DNA of 64,000 nt. It comes from a virus (taxonomy: Duplodnaviria; Caudoviricetes). Shown here in pieces: positions 29,005 to 41,962 of this stretch. The first letter of the stretch is position 1. Every line of letters begins with the position of its first letter. The notes under the pieces were generated by a model, which worked only from the letters and a program-made list of their open reading frames with translations, searched no databases and was not told the origin of the DNA. The stretch is taken from positions 96,001 to 160,000 of IMG/VR virus record IMGVR_UViG_3300033273_000833; one strand, 5' to 3'. The position numbers and the translations under genes are program-made.

Positions 29005-29077
29005 AAGAATTAGAAAAAAAAATTGATGTTTTTCTTTTGCTTGTTTTGATGGTCGCAGTATTAATCTTAATATTTAA

Positions 29078-29374
29078 TTGAAAATGATAGAAAAAGAAAT
29101 AATATTAAAAGAAACTACCAATGGTGAATTGTTTTTTACTATACCCGATGAAATGCTCAATCGATTAGGTTGGAAAGAAGGAGATGATTTAAAGTTTGAA
29201 GATAGAAATGGTTCGGTTTTAATTCGTAAAGTTAAATACGAAAGCGTTGAACTAGAATTTGATGACGAAGAATTACTCAAGTACATGAAGTTTGCACACG
29301 AAAAAGGAATCACATTTAATGAACTTTGCGAGGAAGCAATCAAAGCTAAATTAGATGAGGTTAATTCTGAGTAA
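29078..29374 (+). CDS. AbrB/MazE/SpoVT-fold DNA-binding protein with a C-terminal ribbon-helix-helix-like segment
   Basis: GELFFTIPDEMLNRLGWKEGDDL; C-terminal AHEKGITFNELCEEAI. Confidence 0.7.
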   Translation: MKMIEKEIILKETTNGELFFTIPDEMLNRLGWKEGDDLKFEDRNGSVLIRKVKYESVELEFDDEELLKYMKFAHEKGITFNELCEEAIKAKLDEVNSE

Positions 29375-29505
29375 AATATTATATCATATTGGAGACTTTA
29401 TTAGTATGTTTTTGTATTTTAATTGCTTTAGTTGGTTATATCCACTTTACAAAAGATTAATGATAGTAAGTTGTAAATTAGATAAAGACGCTAAAATATG
29501 GAAAC

Positions 29506-30730
29506 ATGAGTAACTATCTCCCTAACAATAAAGAACCCGAAATGCCTCCCGATACTTGTCCGTATATAAATTTCATACAAGAAGTATTAGATCAAATAAA
29601 AGATAAAACAAAATCAAAAAATATAGACTCTCAAATACAATTAATAAATGATACCCTTGAATATATTAGAGATGCAAATTCGTCCCTCAGAGATTGTGGT
29701 AAATATTGGAAAAGACAATACCAAAATAAAGGTAAGAGAAAATGAAAGAAGAAAAACAAGAATACATTATTATTGATTGGGGTCGTCCTCATGGTCACGA
29801 AAGAGTTCCAACTGATAAAAAAATTCTCTTAACAAAAGACGAAGCATATGATTTAAATAAATTACTTACATTAAATGGTGAGCATAAAAGGTATGTAAAA
29901 TGTCCGTAAATCGTCCAACAAAAAAACAACTATTAAGAGCTTTAAAACTTAATAAACAAATCTTAAAACTTTTGCCCGAAGGTGATTCGATGCACTTAAT
30001 GTATAAAAAAATGAATAAGAGGCTACAAGAAAGATATGATACTTATGAAAAATTTTTAATTAATCCTTATTGGACAAATAAAGGTCAAGTAAAGTACAAT
30101 TCCGACAATGAATTAAACTTGGGAGAATATAATATTAACGAAAGATGAAAACAATACATAACACACGCAATTGCAATTATAGAAGATTTTTGCATAAAAA
30201 ATTAAAACATGGAAAAATAAGTGGTCGCTTTTATAAGTTCGTTTGTAGAAGTCATCCTTATCGTATTACAACTCGCAATATACAGCTAATTGTACGAGAA
30301 ATTCTTGATGGTAAGATGACAGAAAATAAAGCAATCCGCTTATTACAACAAGATACCCAAGAATTAAAACACCAACAAGAGTTATATAAATCCAACATTG
30401 AATGCAGAAAAAAAAATAATTCTTGACATTTATCGTTAAATATACTATTATTTACTTATGCCTTATATAGCAAAATCAGAAAAAGAAAAAATAGACAAGG
30501 GCTTATTAGCTTTGCATCTATCAGAATTTACTAACGCAGGAGCATTAAACTATGCGATTCATCAAGTAATTGCACAATATATTTCACAAAATAAGGAAAG
30601 CTACCAAACATACAATGATATTGTTGGGGTTTTAGATTGTGCAAAAATGGAATTATATCGCAGATTAATATCAGAATATGAGGATAAGAAAATGACTCAA
30701 AATAAAGATGTTGCTCCATACGAAAATTAA
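29506..30730 (+). other. Hypothetical ORFs (29506-29745, 29900-30148, 30145-30426, 30458-30730)
   Basis: ORF track; 30458 (MPYI..AGALNYAI) is a recurrent phage family. Confidence 0.55.
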
Positions 30731-30736
30731 ATAATT

Positions 30737-31156
30737 ATGAAAATCGGAATTACATTCTCAACATTTGACTTGCTTCATGCAGGTCATAATTTAATGCTAA
30801 AGCAAGCAAAGTCTGTTTGTGATTATCTTATTTGTGGTCTCCATGTCGATCCTCAGATTGAGCGTCCAAAAAAAAATAAGCCTGTTCAGAGTTTGGTTGA
30901 AAGATATATTCAACTATCTTCTGTTTCTTATGTTGATGAAATCATTCCATATAATCTCGAAAAAGATTTACATGATATTTTGTTAGGTTACCCAATCAAT
31001 GTCAGAATTATTGGCTCGGATTATAAAGATGTAGAATTTTCGGGAAAAGATATTTGTCAAGCAAAAGGTATAGAAATTTATTACAACGATAGATTCCATA
31101 ACTTTTCAAGCACAGAATTAAGGCAGAGGATAGCCACTAGAGAAAATGCGAAATAA
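30737..31156 (+). CDS. Glycerol-3-phosphate cytidylyltransferase-like (TagD family)
   Basis: TFDLLHAGH (HxGH), ERYIQL, VDEIIPY, GSDYKD, FSSTELR. Confidence 0.85.
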   Translation: MKIGITFSTFDLLHAGHNLMLKQAKSVCDYLICGLHVDPQIERPKKNKPVQSLVERYIQLSSVSYVDEIIPYNLEKDLHDILLGYPINVRIIGSDYKDVEFSGKDICQAKGIEIYYNDRFHNFSSTELRQRIATRENAK

Positions 31157-31253
31157 AATAATACAAATATATGAACTCTTTGCTTTTATTGGAGTCTTTG
31201 CCTTGATATTGTGCTTCCAAATAATTTATATCCTAACAGGAAGAGAATAAATA

Positions 31254-34200
31254 ATGAAAGAAATAATAATTAAAGTTTTAAAAAATTTTGCTGACTTACA
31301 AGCGAACTTAGAATCAGAGTCGGCAAGAGAAATGATTGCAACAGAAATAGAACTTAATTTAATAAAAAATAATGTTAATTTAAGTATTGATTCCTTGGAG
31401 CAAATTTGCGAGGATAAAAATTCCGATGATTGTTGTGGGGGTAATTGTCATCAATGATCTGTTTAAACTATAAGGGGTTAAAGATTATAGAAGACCTTCA
31501 CAAGTTGCGAGCAGAAACGAAAGTTCCCAAGCAGAAAAAAAAGTCTTGACATATTACTCTTGTTGGCTCATACTTAAACCATGAGCAAAAATAGAAACAA
31601 AGAGTTGGTTGAAGAAATTAAAGAAATGAACCCCGAAGCAATGTTTGCTGATGGGTTCGATGATTCTATCCTTGGTTATGATACTAAAGGTAGAGTTGTG
31701 TACTCTGTTGATTCCATTCTTGAAACTCTCACAGAAAGAGACGAAATGAGCGTAGAGGAAGCTCAAGAATATTTTTATTTTAATATTGATGGAGCTTTTG
31801 TTGGCGAATATACTCCAATTTACATCTATTAATACTTGACAATAACAAAAAACTAAACTAGGATTATAACATGAAAACATACGAAGTAGAAATGGCAAGT
31901 ACGACATATCGTACTTTTGAAGTTGAAGCAGATTCACCCGAAGATGCTCAAAATAAAGCGTTCCTTGAGCTAGATGCTGATTGGGAGATTAGTAAAGCGT
32001 GGAGACAAAATGCAGAAGTTGTTTTTTGCGAACCTAAAGGTGGAACATCCCACATGGATGACGATGAGTTTGGTGCTTATATCAGAGGCGATAGCGTAGA
32101 CGCTGATACAATGGACTATGATGGCATGGGAAACCACAAAAGATAATAAAATGAAAGAAATAATAGGAGACGATTATCCAACTTACGAAGATTCAGTAAA
32201 GCTAACTCTTGCAGAGAGAGATATTGCTAAATCTAATTCAGATAGATTATTAAAAGAAAATCTTGAACTTAGACATCGCTTGTCTTGTATTGCTGATGAC
32301 ATATTAATTATTTCCAATCACATAGAAGATAATTGTAATAAAAAATTTAGAAAACCAAGTCACAATATTGATGGTAGTGTTAATGCAGATGAAGCATGGC
32401 ATAATGTTAGCAACATAGAAATTGCTTGCGATTTAAGTGATGATGCTCCATTGGAGTGGGGTAGTGAATTTAAACATGAAGCAGAACTTGATAACTTAAA
32501 TAGAGACTTATGAAAAGAGAATATTGCGTTGGAGTTAAAATAATTAATTGCTTTTATGTCGAAGCAGAAAGTCGAGATGAAGCAGAGCAAATAGTAAGAG
32601 AGTATGATCCATACAAAACTCTTGACGATTGCGATTTTAATATTGAGTATGCCGATCCTACCAACGGAGAAATAGCATGGAAAATTAAAGCAGATGAGGT
32701 GGATTGGGATAAATTATGAACAAAAAAATTATTAAATTATTAAAAGCCGAACAGGAAAATATCGAAGAAATTAAGGAGACTCGAAATATGATAGACAAAT
32801 TAGAAGACGAGCTAGAGTGGTATATGTGGAACGCTGAAGATGAGCAAGATCATATTATACATTTAGAAAATACATTAGATAAGCTATATAGACAATTAGA
32901 ATTATTGGAAAAATTATGAAATTAACTAAATATCAAAAAGCTAGATTACTTGAATACGAATGGGATGTGATTTCTAACGATCATGGAAATTGTGCTTGGA
33001 TTAGTATCGCCCCCGAAGATGGTGCTATTTTTGGGCAAGTTGCCAAAGAATTAGGCTTGACAGGTGATGGTGAAGATATTAAGCTATTAATAATAGGAAC
33101 ACAAGAAGGAGAATAAAAATATGAGAACGACTAAAGAACAACTACGAGACGAAGAGCCATCAGTTGACGATATGCGTTATGACATTGCCGAACGAGAAGC
33201 AATGAATATGAATGTGAGTGAAATAATTGATCTTTTACTCGATGGGTGCATTGGATTAAATGAAATGCCAAGTGTCGAAATAAAAGATGAATGGAATCAA
33301 ATTTTTGGGGTTGACAAATAATTCAATTGCCACTATTGTTTCATCATGGACTATACAAACGAAATAGAATGTGGTTTTAAATTAATAGATCATTTGCTCG
33401 CAAATTCAGCAGATGATTTATCGGAGAAATGTCAAAATGCGATCAATGAAAGATATGAATTACTTTTAGAATATGAGGAATTTTTTAGGTATGACAATAA
33501 AAGATTCTATTTTGAGATGCGTAACTTTATTGATTGGATGTGCGATGAAATTTTAATTGAATATTATTTTAAATAAAATGAAATTAGGACAAGCAATAGA
33601 AATAGTTTTAAATGAAGCAGAAGTCTCTGCCATTGCAGAAACATCAGATGAACATTCAGAAGTCTTAGATGCAGTCGAAGTTGTAAGAATGTTTTATAAA
33701 GGGTTTGGTCATCATTTTAAAAATTTTACTTTACCCGAAGAATTAAACCTTGACAAAGACTAAAAAACCTGTCAGTATTAAATAATTAACAATTAACAAA
33801 GGAATAAAATGAATTATTTTACAAATACAAATGTCCGTTGGAAAACATGGTCGCCCGAAAATATCATCTTCAAAAGCAATCAATTAGTAAAGAAGGTTTT
33901 ACCCTCTGAACATATTTTGTCATGGAAGAGCAAAGGTGATCGTGACCAAAAAATGTGCGAGAAAACAGGTTGCAAACAATTTAATGGAGTTTATACATAT
34001 TACACAAGAGAAAACTACAAAGGTGTTATGGTTCAATTAAAAGATGTAAAAGATGATTTTCCATCTGCCAATATCGACTTTATTGATTGCACAGATAGAA
34101 AAGATAGTGTTGGTAATCGAAAAGGTTCTTTGGATATATTAGTTTACCTTAATTCTTTTCATAGTAATTTCAAATGGGATAGATGCCCAAAAACTCATAA

Positions 34201-37200
34201 TTGGGTTAAGACAAGCACAGGCAAAACTACACCATTACGAGAAGGTTATCGTATGTGTTATGGTGGACAAGGTGATGCAAATCCTATGGATTTCGATGAA
34301 TTTCATGAGATGATTCAAATAACAGAGATGATTAGAGATTTCCTTGTTGATGTTGTCGTTCCCACAAGGAATGGTGAATTAGTTGAAGAAGATTTATTAG
34401 TAGCATAATGCCAATTTATTGCAACGATAATACACTATTGTCTATAAGTAATAATAACATTGAATCATACAAAGATTATTTTAAAAAATCAAAATTAAAA
34501 CTAATGGAAGAAAAAACAGAAAAACAAGAATTAACTGCTGAAGAACAATATTTATATAATATAATTAATTCGTGCGAACTTATACTCGATGATTTAGAAA
34601 AAGGTTCGATTATAGCTCAATCAGATTTTAATATGCTCGGTTATGCAGATGGTATCATGGACAAAATGCGTAAAAATGTTCATAAAGATTTAGTATTTAG
34701 AAATAAAAGTGGATAATTTACCCGAAATTTTTTATGTTTTAAATATGATAATAGGATGCGTTTTAATCTTACTTTTTCTCTTTATCGTAACAAGTGGAGA
34801 ATAATTGTATAAAATTATATGTGTAATTATATACATGGATAATGATAATATAGAAAGGGATAATGACTTAGAATTTCGCAAACTTGAGCAAGAAATAAAT
34901 GAGCATAGATTTCACAGAAGAAATACTCCCATTCATATTACTCAAAATAAAATTGATTGCTTTAGAAAACAATTAGATTCTTTTCAAGAAAAACTTCACT
35001 ATTGCCATATCAGTAAAGAAAATGTTTTAGAATTTAATAAAATTTTATTCAGTTTACATAATCTCTACAAGGAAATATCTTATCAGAGAGACGATGGAAT
35101 GTATAAAAAATATGTAGAGAATCTTAATAAAAAAGATTCTAGTGATTAATATAATTTATATATTAGTATGTTTTTATGGGTTAATATTAACGCTAACTTA
35201 TATATGTGTTCAAATAACAATCAAACAAAAAGATACTATGGACAAAAAAATAATAATGGATGACTATGACGCAGGTTTTGCTGATGCTACAAAACTAATG
35301 GAAAAAAAATTAGATGAAATTCTCTCAAAATATCGAGACATCCTAAAAAAGTATGATTACATCGAAGAAGCAAGAGATGTTGAGTTGCTTGAAGAGGTCA
35401 AACAAAAACTTTTTGAAAAATAGTGTTGACAATTCGGTAGAGCTTCATCATAATTATAGTTATGAAGTATCAAGCCGAAGCAAATGCAGTTTATGAAATG
35501 TTATTTGATCTTGAGGATTTGGTTGATTTACATCAAAGTAGATTTTTACCAAATCAGTTGAGAGAGATAATTTCATTTAAAAATAAAATCAATCATCTAC
35601 TCTCTCGTAGGTTTCCGTTAAAAGCTAAAAGGGAAGTCAAGAATTTAGATAAGTACATCAATGAATGTTTATATGGACGCTGAAATTATAGTTAAAGAAA
35701 CAAAAATTAAAGGTACTATGGGTACTTTATGGAAGGTAGTCTCAAACCATGCAGAGTGTTTAAATCTACTGACTCGCAGAAAAACTCTTGACAGGGTTGA
35801 TCTTTTATGTTTGACTGATCTTGGTTTTAAAATTAAATACGAAAATAAATAATGAAAATACAACTAGGGATAAGAGGTAGTTCAGATGCCATAAATCATA
35901 TTTTAATTAAAATAGATGATCTTATTTTAATGAATAAAGATAATTTATTTCTAGCAGGGAATGAAGGCAGAGATAAAACAGGAAAAAATTTAGTTCAATT
36001 ATTAAATACTTTATCTAAGGATCACGAAATATCTGTAAGTGAGAATGTTGCAGGACAGATAGAAAGCGAATTGGACATAGAAAACAATGAAATTAAAAAA
36101 TATGTAAATTAAATAAATATGAAAAGATTAGAAGCAGTTAATAAAGAAAAAGTTTTATTGCAAATAATAGATCATTGCAAGGAACTTTTAAAAGATGAAA
36201 AATTTCTCGCAAACAACGATTGGAATACAGATACTCTGTTGCTTCATTCGGAGAAATTTCTTAAACTAGAATTACAACAATGGATCAAATAGCAGAACTA
36301 TGGTCATTACCTTGGGGTGATGGTTTGCTGTTAACTTTTATGTTAATGGCACTTTATACTTACAAGGTTTGGATAGACAACAAATTTAAAAAGTAATTTT
36401 GGTATTGACAACCAAGAAAGATCAATCTAGTATTATACCATGAACACAACAGAAGCATTCCTAGCAAGTATTGAACAATCAATCTCTCATGCAGAGAAGA
36501 TAGCAAACTCGATCCCCAAGAAGGGTCTTAATGTTTATCTCGACAAATCTACTATGGTCATGCAGACATTCAGCGATCCTAGTGCGTTTGAGTATGCCAA
36601 GAAGGTTACTGCAAGAGCAGGGCAATCAAGTTGTCTTAGAAATGTATTAGATGCAGGGGGTAGATTACAATAATGCTTGATAAAAGATGCGAAATAATTG
36701 TTTAGTTATATAAATACAAAGTTTTTATTAGTAAATCATAATTATGCTTGACATATCATGCAAATCAATCTAGTTTTAATACATGAAACGAATCAATATA
36801 CAATCACACATGAAACAATTATTTAGAGAGGAAGGACTCATGGATCATTTACCAACATACGAAGAATACATAAAAGATATGTCATTAGTAGATCAAATAA
36901 AATTCTATTATGATGTTGACATCGACAACTATTTAGGTGATCCTTGGGAAATACTCGCAGAATGTGCAGTCGATCCACATTGGTTAGAAGAGTTTAAAGT
37001 TAATTTTAAAGAATATTTACAAGAAAGGGAATACATACAATGAAGGTAAAAAAAGTTTGGAATATTGAACCACAAAAAATGTTAGATTATATTCTTGAAG
37101 CAGACAGATCAAATGGTTTGCATAAAGAAGAAGATTATAGTCCTACATTTTATATCGGCAAAGATTTAGATTACATTCGTGAAGTCTATGAAGATTATAA

Positions 37201-38031
37201 TGGTCTTGAATCTCTAACTGAAGAAGAGCAAATAGAACATGGATATTATAGATTGGAGATAGCATAATGGAATATACAGATGATAATGTAATGATAGTTG
37301 CACAAAAAATTGTTGACGATATGGATTTAGACGATCTTATGTCTTATGTCTACGATGACCTTTGTGCAATCATGGATAAAGATGAGGAATTATTTAATGT
37401 AAATGTAGAACATTTTTATGAGAATGAAAGTAATAAGCGTTAGATATTTTGAAACAAATAAGGGAATTGGTTATCAATGCAAAACCAACATCCAAGGCAT
37501 CCAAATATGCAATGATGGAAATGGTGGAGCAACTTATTTAGATGGAGCATTTAAATACACAAAAAATTTCGATCATTTATCTGAATGGGATTTAGAAGAT
37601 TTAATTGACCAATACGAAAATAACTCTTGACATCACAACAAAAACACTTTAGATTTATAGCATGAACATTAATTATATATATGAAGATAATACTATTGAA
37701 GAAAAATTTTGGTACGACTCCTACACAGGCACTTATTGGTTGCACGATGAGGAGTGGGAAGAACCAATGGAGTTTACGGAAGATGAATTAATTTCAGAAG
37801 GAATTTACTTAAATGAATATTGCTAAAGAATATAATGTAGAAATAGGTTTGACTCCAAGCGATATTGAAGCTATTATTAATGGAGAAATGTCAACGCTTC
37901 ACTTTTTACCAACTGATGATACTGATTACGAAGATAAGATTAGTGTTCACCTCAAACCAATTAGCGAAGATGCAACTTTATCAGAACAAATGAATTTAGT
38001 TGTTGACACATGGAGCAAGAAAGAGTTATAG
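31254..38031 (+). other. Dense array of about 25 small, mostly acidic hypothetical early-type ORFs (60-200 aa)
   Basis: ORF track 31254-38031, all on +; individual promoters at 31546, 31836, 33311, 33750, 35426, 36405, 36748, 37627. Confidence 0.6.
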
Positions 38032-38098
38032 TATCGACATATTAATTATGATATGCTTGCAAAAAGTAAAAATATCGACATAAAGTGTAATTTAATAT

Positions 38099-38908
38099 GT
38101 GAGTAATGATCCAAACTTTCCATCCTCTTTACCTATTGCTCCTGCGAGAAATAGTTCTCTTGGGTTTAATTATGTATGGGACACTTTAAATTTACATTGG
38201 ACTCCTAAACCCGAAAGCCAATATGACCTAGCTATTGGTCAAGCAAAAGAAAGCGTAAATAAATTTGGTGCTTTACCTCAAATTACAGATAAATTGTCAG
38301 TCCAAACTATATGGGATGGAGTAACAGAATATGTATTTCCTAGTGATAGTGGCGAATCATTAATCATCACCTCTTCTAGCGGAACGGATAATCAATCTGT
38401 AATAATTATGGGGTTAGATGAAAATTTTGAACAACAATCTCAAGAAATTACTCTTTCGGGCACAAGCAATGTAAATGTACCAAGTACATGGACTAGAGTT
38501 TTTCGAGCTTACAATAATGACTCTACTGATTTTGCGGGAGATGTTTCAATTAAAAGTAGTAATGAAGTTAATACTTATGCAAAAATTTTGTCAAATAATA
38601 ATCAAACTTTGATGTGTGTTTATACTATACCTGCTAATTATACAGGAAAATTAGTTAAGTTTAATTTATCCGCACACAACACTTCTTCAGCGAATTCTTT
38701 GAGTGTAGTTGTTCACCTTAAAACTAGAGAGTACGGAAAAGTTTTTCGGACTAGGAATGTAAAAGGTTTTAGCGATACATCTCCTGCCTCTGAACAATTA
38801 GTTTTTCCGTTAGTTTTAGCACCTAAAACAGACATTATTTTCAATAAAGTAAGCACAAGTGCAACTTCGGGAAAAATAAATTGCGATTTTGACATTGCAT
38901 TGAGTTAA
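38099..38908 (+). CDS. Conserved phage protein, beta-rich, possibly virion-associated
   Basis: 269 aa; VNKFG..QTIWDG, IIMGLDENF..QEITLSGT, TRVFRAY; preceded by GTGTAA. Confidence 0.55.
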   Translation: MSNDPNFPSSLPIAPARNSSLGFNYVWDTLNLHWTPKPESQYDLAIGQAKESVNKFGALPQITDKLSVQTIWDGVTEYVFPSDSGESLIITSSSGTDNQSVIIMGLDENFEQQSQEITLSGTSNVNVPSTWTRVFRAYNNDSTDFAGDVSIKSSNEVNTYAKILSNNNQTLMCVYTIPANYTGKLVKFNLSAHNTSSANSLSVVVHLKTREYGKVFRTRNVKGFSDTSPASEQLVFPLVLAPKTDIIFNKVSTSATSGKINCDFDIALS

Positions 38909-38950
38909 TTTTTCTTGACATAGAGAGCAATATGCTCTATGTTTATTAGT

Positions 38951-39181
38951 ATGAATTACATCACAGAAAAAATTAGTTTCAATGTTCCTCAAAATGGTGG
39001 AGATCAATATCGTTTGTATGAGTGCGTAGATCAAGTCGCAGATTTAATTGATATGTATTTCGGTACTGCAATAGAAGATACAACCAATATACATAATTTA
39101 ATTGAACAAGAAATTAAAGCAAGTAAACTTAGGGAAGTAGAACACAACAGATTAGAAAACATAAATGGGGGTTCAAGATAA
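38951..39181 (+). CDS. Hypothetical protein
   Basis: Start set 7 nt after the TATGTT -10 box of the promoter at 38915. Confidence 0.55.
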   Translation: MNYITEKISFNVPQNGGDQYRLYECVDQVADLIDMYFGTAIEDTTNIHNLIEQEIKASKLREVEHNRLENINGGSR

Positions 39182-39576
39182 TTTAACAAAAAAAATAATC
39201 AAATAATATTATGAGTAAAAAAGCAATAGATAAAGCAAAAAATTCACCAATGGGTAAAAAAATGTCTCACACAGGAAATCAACCTCTTGTAGAGTCTTTA
39301 ACAAACAAGGGTTGCATGGTTCGACCAAAAGTTAGAAAAGCTCAAGAAAGGAGATTAGCCAAGTGAACGAGGTTATAGAGTTTATTGAACAAAAAATTTT
39401 AGACATTAAGAATTATCCTATCAGCACACAAGAGGAAGAGCAAATGCACATACTAGAAATTGGTTGTCTAAATCAGTTACTTAGAGTGGCAAATGAACTT
39501 TCTTAAAAAAAGTGTTGACATCTCAATCAACATACTCTAGTATTTTATCATAGTTTAATTTAACACAAGGAAAAAA

Positions 39577-41868
39577 ATGATTATCACACAAAACAAATCT
39601 AAAGAAGTAGTTAGTTCTCACGATTTCGAGCAAGTAAATTGCACGATTGATGCCGAAGATATGCGTTATGTTGCATCTCTTCTTCGCAACAATTATTCCA
39701 ATACTCGCCTTGCAGTCGTTCGTGAGATTAGTGCGAACGCACTCGATGCCAATACTGAAGCAGGAGTAAATCGTCCAATCGAAATCAAGTTACCAACTGC
39801 AATGAATCCAACATTTGCAGTTCGTGATTTCGGGGGTGGACTTAGCCAAGAAGATGTTTTCGGTCTTTACTCCAAGTATGGCAAGTCAACCAAGCGTACA
39901 TCCAACAATTATATCGGTGCTTTCGGTATCGGTAAATTTGCTCCACTTTCTTATGGTGACAACTTTACTTGCGTTTCTTTCCATAATGGAACAAAAACTT
40001 CTTACAATGTATTTGTCGATGAGAATGACGATACCAAGATCACAAAGTTGTTTGAAGAACCAAGCAATGAGCCAACAGGTTTGAGTATTGAAGTTGCAGT
40101 CGCAGAAGATGATCGCAAAGAGTTTAGAAATGTTGTGCAAAATTTCTTTCGTTTCTTCTCTGACTCTGATATGCCAAAATTTCTCGGAGTTGAAGAAGAC
40201 TTTATACAAACTCCAAAAAAAGTTTTATCAAGTAAGACTGACGAATGGTTCTTTGTAGAAGAGAATAGACATGGATACAATCATTACTATTCTTATGTTC
40301 TTATGGGTAGAGTTGCTTACCCTATTGATCCAAACGCAATAAATGTAGAAAATTTTGTGTCCGATGAAAGTTCTCGCAGAATAGTTCAACAACTTTTATC
40401 ACAAAGTAATTTCTACTTTCGTGTGCCTCTTGGTTCAGTAAGATTGCATCATAGTCGTGAGTCGCTAGAATACAACAAAGCAACTCAAAAAGAAATTTGT
40501 GCGATTCTTTACAAAGTAAGTAAAGATATTCAGACTATTGCAAAAGAAAAACTTGCCGATAGTGAAGACTTATATGAAGCAAAAAGAAATTATGCTCAAG
40601 TCATCAATGCTCTACCTTATCAAGTAAGATCAGTATTTGAGAATAGTTTCGAGTGGAATGGTATCAAAATTGATAGTTCCTGCTTTCAAAGAGATTACCA
40701 ACTGCAAGAAGACTTAATTATTACTCAATACGAAAAAATTGAAGATAAAGATTCTCGCAATGGTTTTAAGGTGCAAGCACAAAAGTCAAATCGTGTTTTC
40801 TGCCAAGATCATCATGTTATTATGATGCAAGATATTGAATCTTCTCATGGTAATAATCTTAGAGTTCGCACTTTGATGAATGAATTGCCCATTAATGCAG
40901 TCACTATCGTTTACGCTAATTCTGAATGTGCTAAAGCAGAAGTTTACGATAATTGGCAATTTGACCTTATTGATCCAAAGCATATTAGATACTCTTCTCA
41001 AGTCGAGAAAGAGAAGATTGTACGCAATAAAGTATCGGGTACGAGTCGTGCTTCTATTCCCTTGTTCAAAATGAAATTTGACAAATCTAGCTACGCTTAT
41101 CGCAATGCAGACTATTGGCAAAATGTAAGTGATCCAATCAATTCTCTTGAGCTAGACAATATTGAAGGTTCTGTCAACAATAAAATTCTATATGTTCCAA
41201 TCAAGAACTATAAGATTGACAATGAGACTTATGATCTTGACAGGGTTTACAAAATCTGCCAAAGCATCAGAAAGAAAGCAGAAGATAATTCTCAAGAAAA
41301 AAGTTTTGTTTTATTTGGTGTTCGTGCAGGTGATGTCAAAAAATTAGACAAGAGTACATGGATGTCTTTCTTTGACTTTTATGTTGAGCATTGCAAAAAC
41401 ATAATTCGTGAAAACAAGAAAGAGTCTCAATCTGCATACAAAGTAATTCAATTCAGAAAATCATCGAATCATAATTTTGGCGATTATCGTTGGAGTTACG
41501 GAAACCTTTTCTCCAATCGCACATTCAATATTGATACTCTAGGCAAAGAGCATTTGGTTAGTCGTTGTGCAGAAAATTGGAATCTTCTTATGGAAGAAAG
41601 TGCAAGTGTGCGTAAGTTTGAAGTTGCGATCAATGTTGTCAACCTAAGTGATCCCACATGGTTAGATGATGTATTGGGTGTAAAAGTTAATGCTGAATCA
41701 ATCATGGAAGACTTCTCTTTATTGAAGAAAAAATATCCTTTACTTAAAATGGTCGCTAAATCTACCAATCAATGGATGGACTTAGCTAGAAATAGTGATT
41801 ATGATAATAGCGATACAAATGCACAAATTTTACAATACATTTCCTTGTGTGATGGGGTTGGGGCTTAA
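39577..41868 (+). CDS. rIIA: rIIA-like protein (GHKL/HATPase N-terminus)
   Basis: YSN..LAVVREISANALDA, VRDFGGGL, STKRTSN..IGAFGIGKFAPLSY, SRESLEY; adjacent to rIIB-like gene. Confidence 0.85.
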   Translation: MIITQNKSKEVVSSHDFEQVNCTIDAEDMRYVASLLRNNYSNTRLAVVREISANALDANTEAGVNRPIEIKLPTAMNPTFAVRDFGGGLSQEDVFGLYSKYGKSTKRTSNNYIGAFGIGKFAPLSYGDNFTCVSFHNGTKTSYNVFVDENDDTKITKLFEEPSNEPTGLSIEVAVAEDDRKEFRNVVQNFFRFFSDSDMPKFLGVEEDFIQTPKKVLSSKTDEWFFVEENRHGYNHYYSYVLMGRVAYPIDPNAINVENFVSDESSRRIVQQLLSQSNFYFRVPLGSVRLHHSRESLEYNKATQKEICAILYKVSKDIQTIAKEKLADSEDLYEAKRNYAQVINALPYQVRSVFENSFEWNGIKIDSSCFQRDYQLQEDLIITQYEKIEDKDSRNGFKVQAQKSNRVFCQDHHVIMMQDIESSHGNNLRVRTLMNELPINAVTIVYANSECAKAEVYDNWQFDLIDPKHIRYSSQVEKEKIVRNKVSGTSRASIPLFKMKFDKSSYAYRNADYWQNVSDPINSLELDNIEGSVNNKILYVPIKNYKIDNETYDLDRVYKICQSIRKKAEDNSQEKSFVLFGVRAGDVKKLDKSTWMSFFDFYVEHCKNIIRENKKESQSAYKVIQFRKSSNHNFGDYRWSYGNLFSNRTFNIDTLGKEHLVSRCAENWNLLMEESASVRKFEVAINVVNLSDPTWLDDVLGVKVNAESIMEDFSLLKKKYPLLKMVAKSTNQWMDLARNSDYDNSDTNAQILQYISLCDGVGA

Positions 41869-41962
41869 ATGCCTCTTCCCCATTTATTTTAAGAAAAAAC
41901 TTGACAATATCTGTAAATTTAATTAGTATTATATATATTAACAATTCAAAAAGGAAAAAAAT

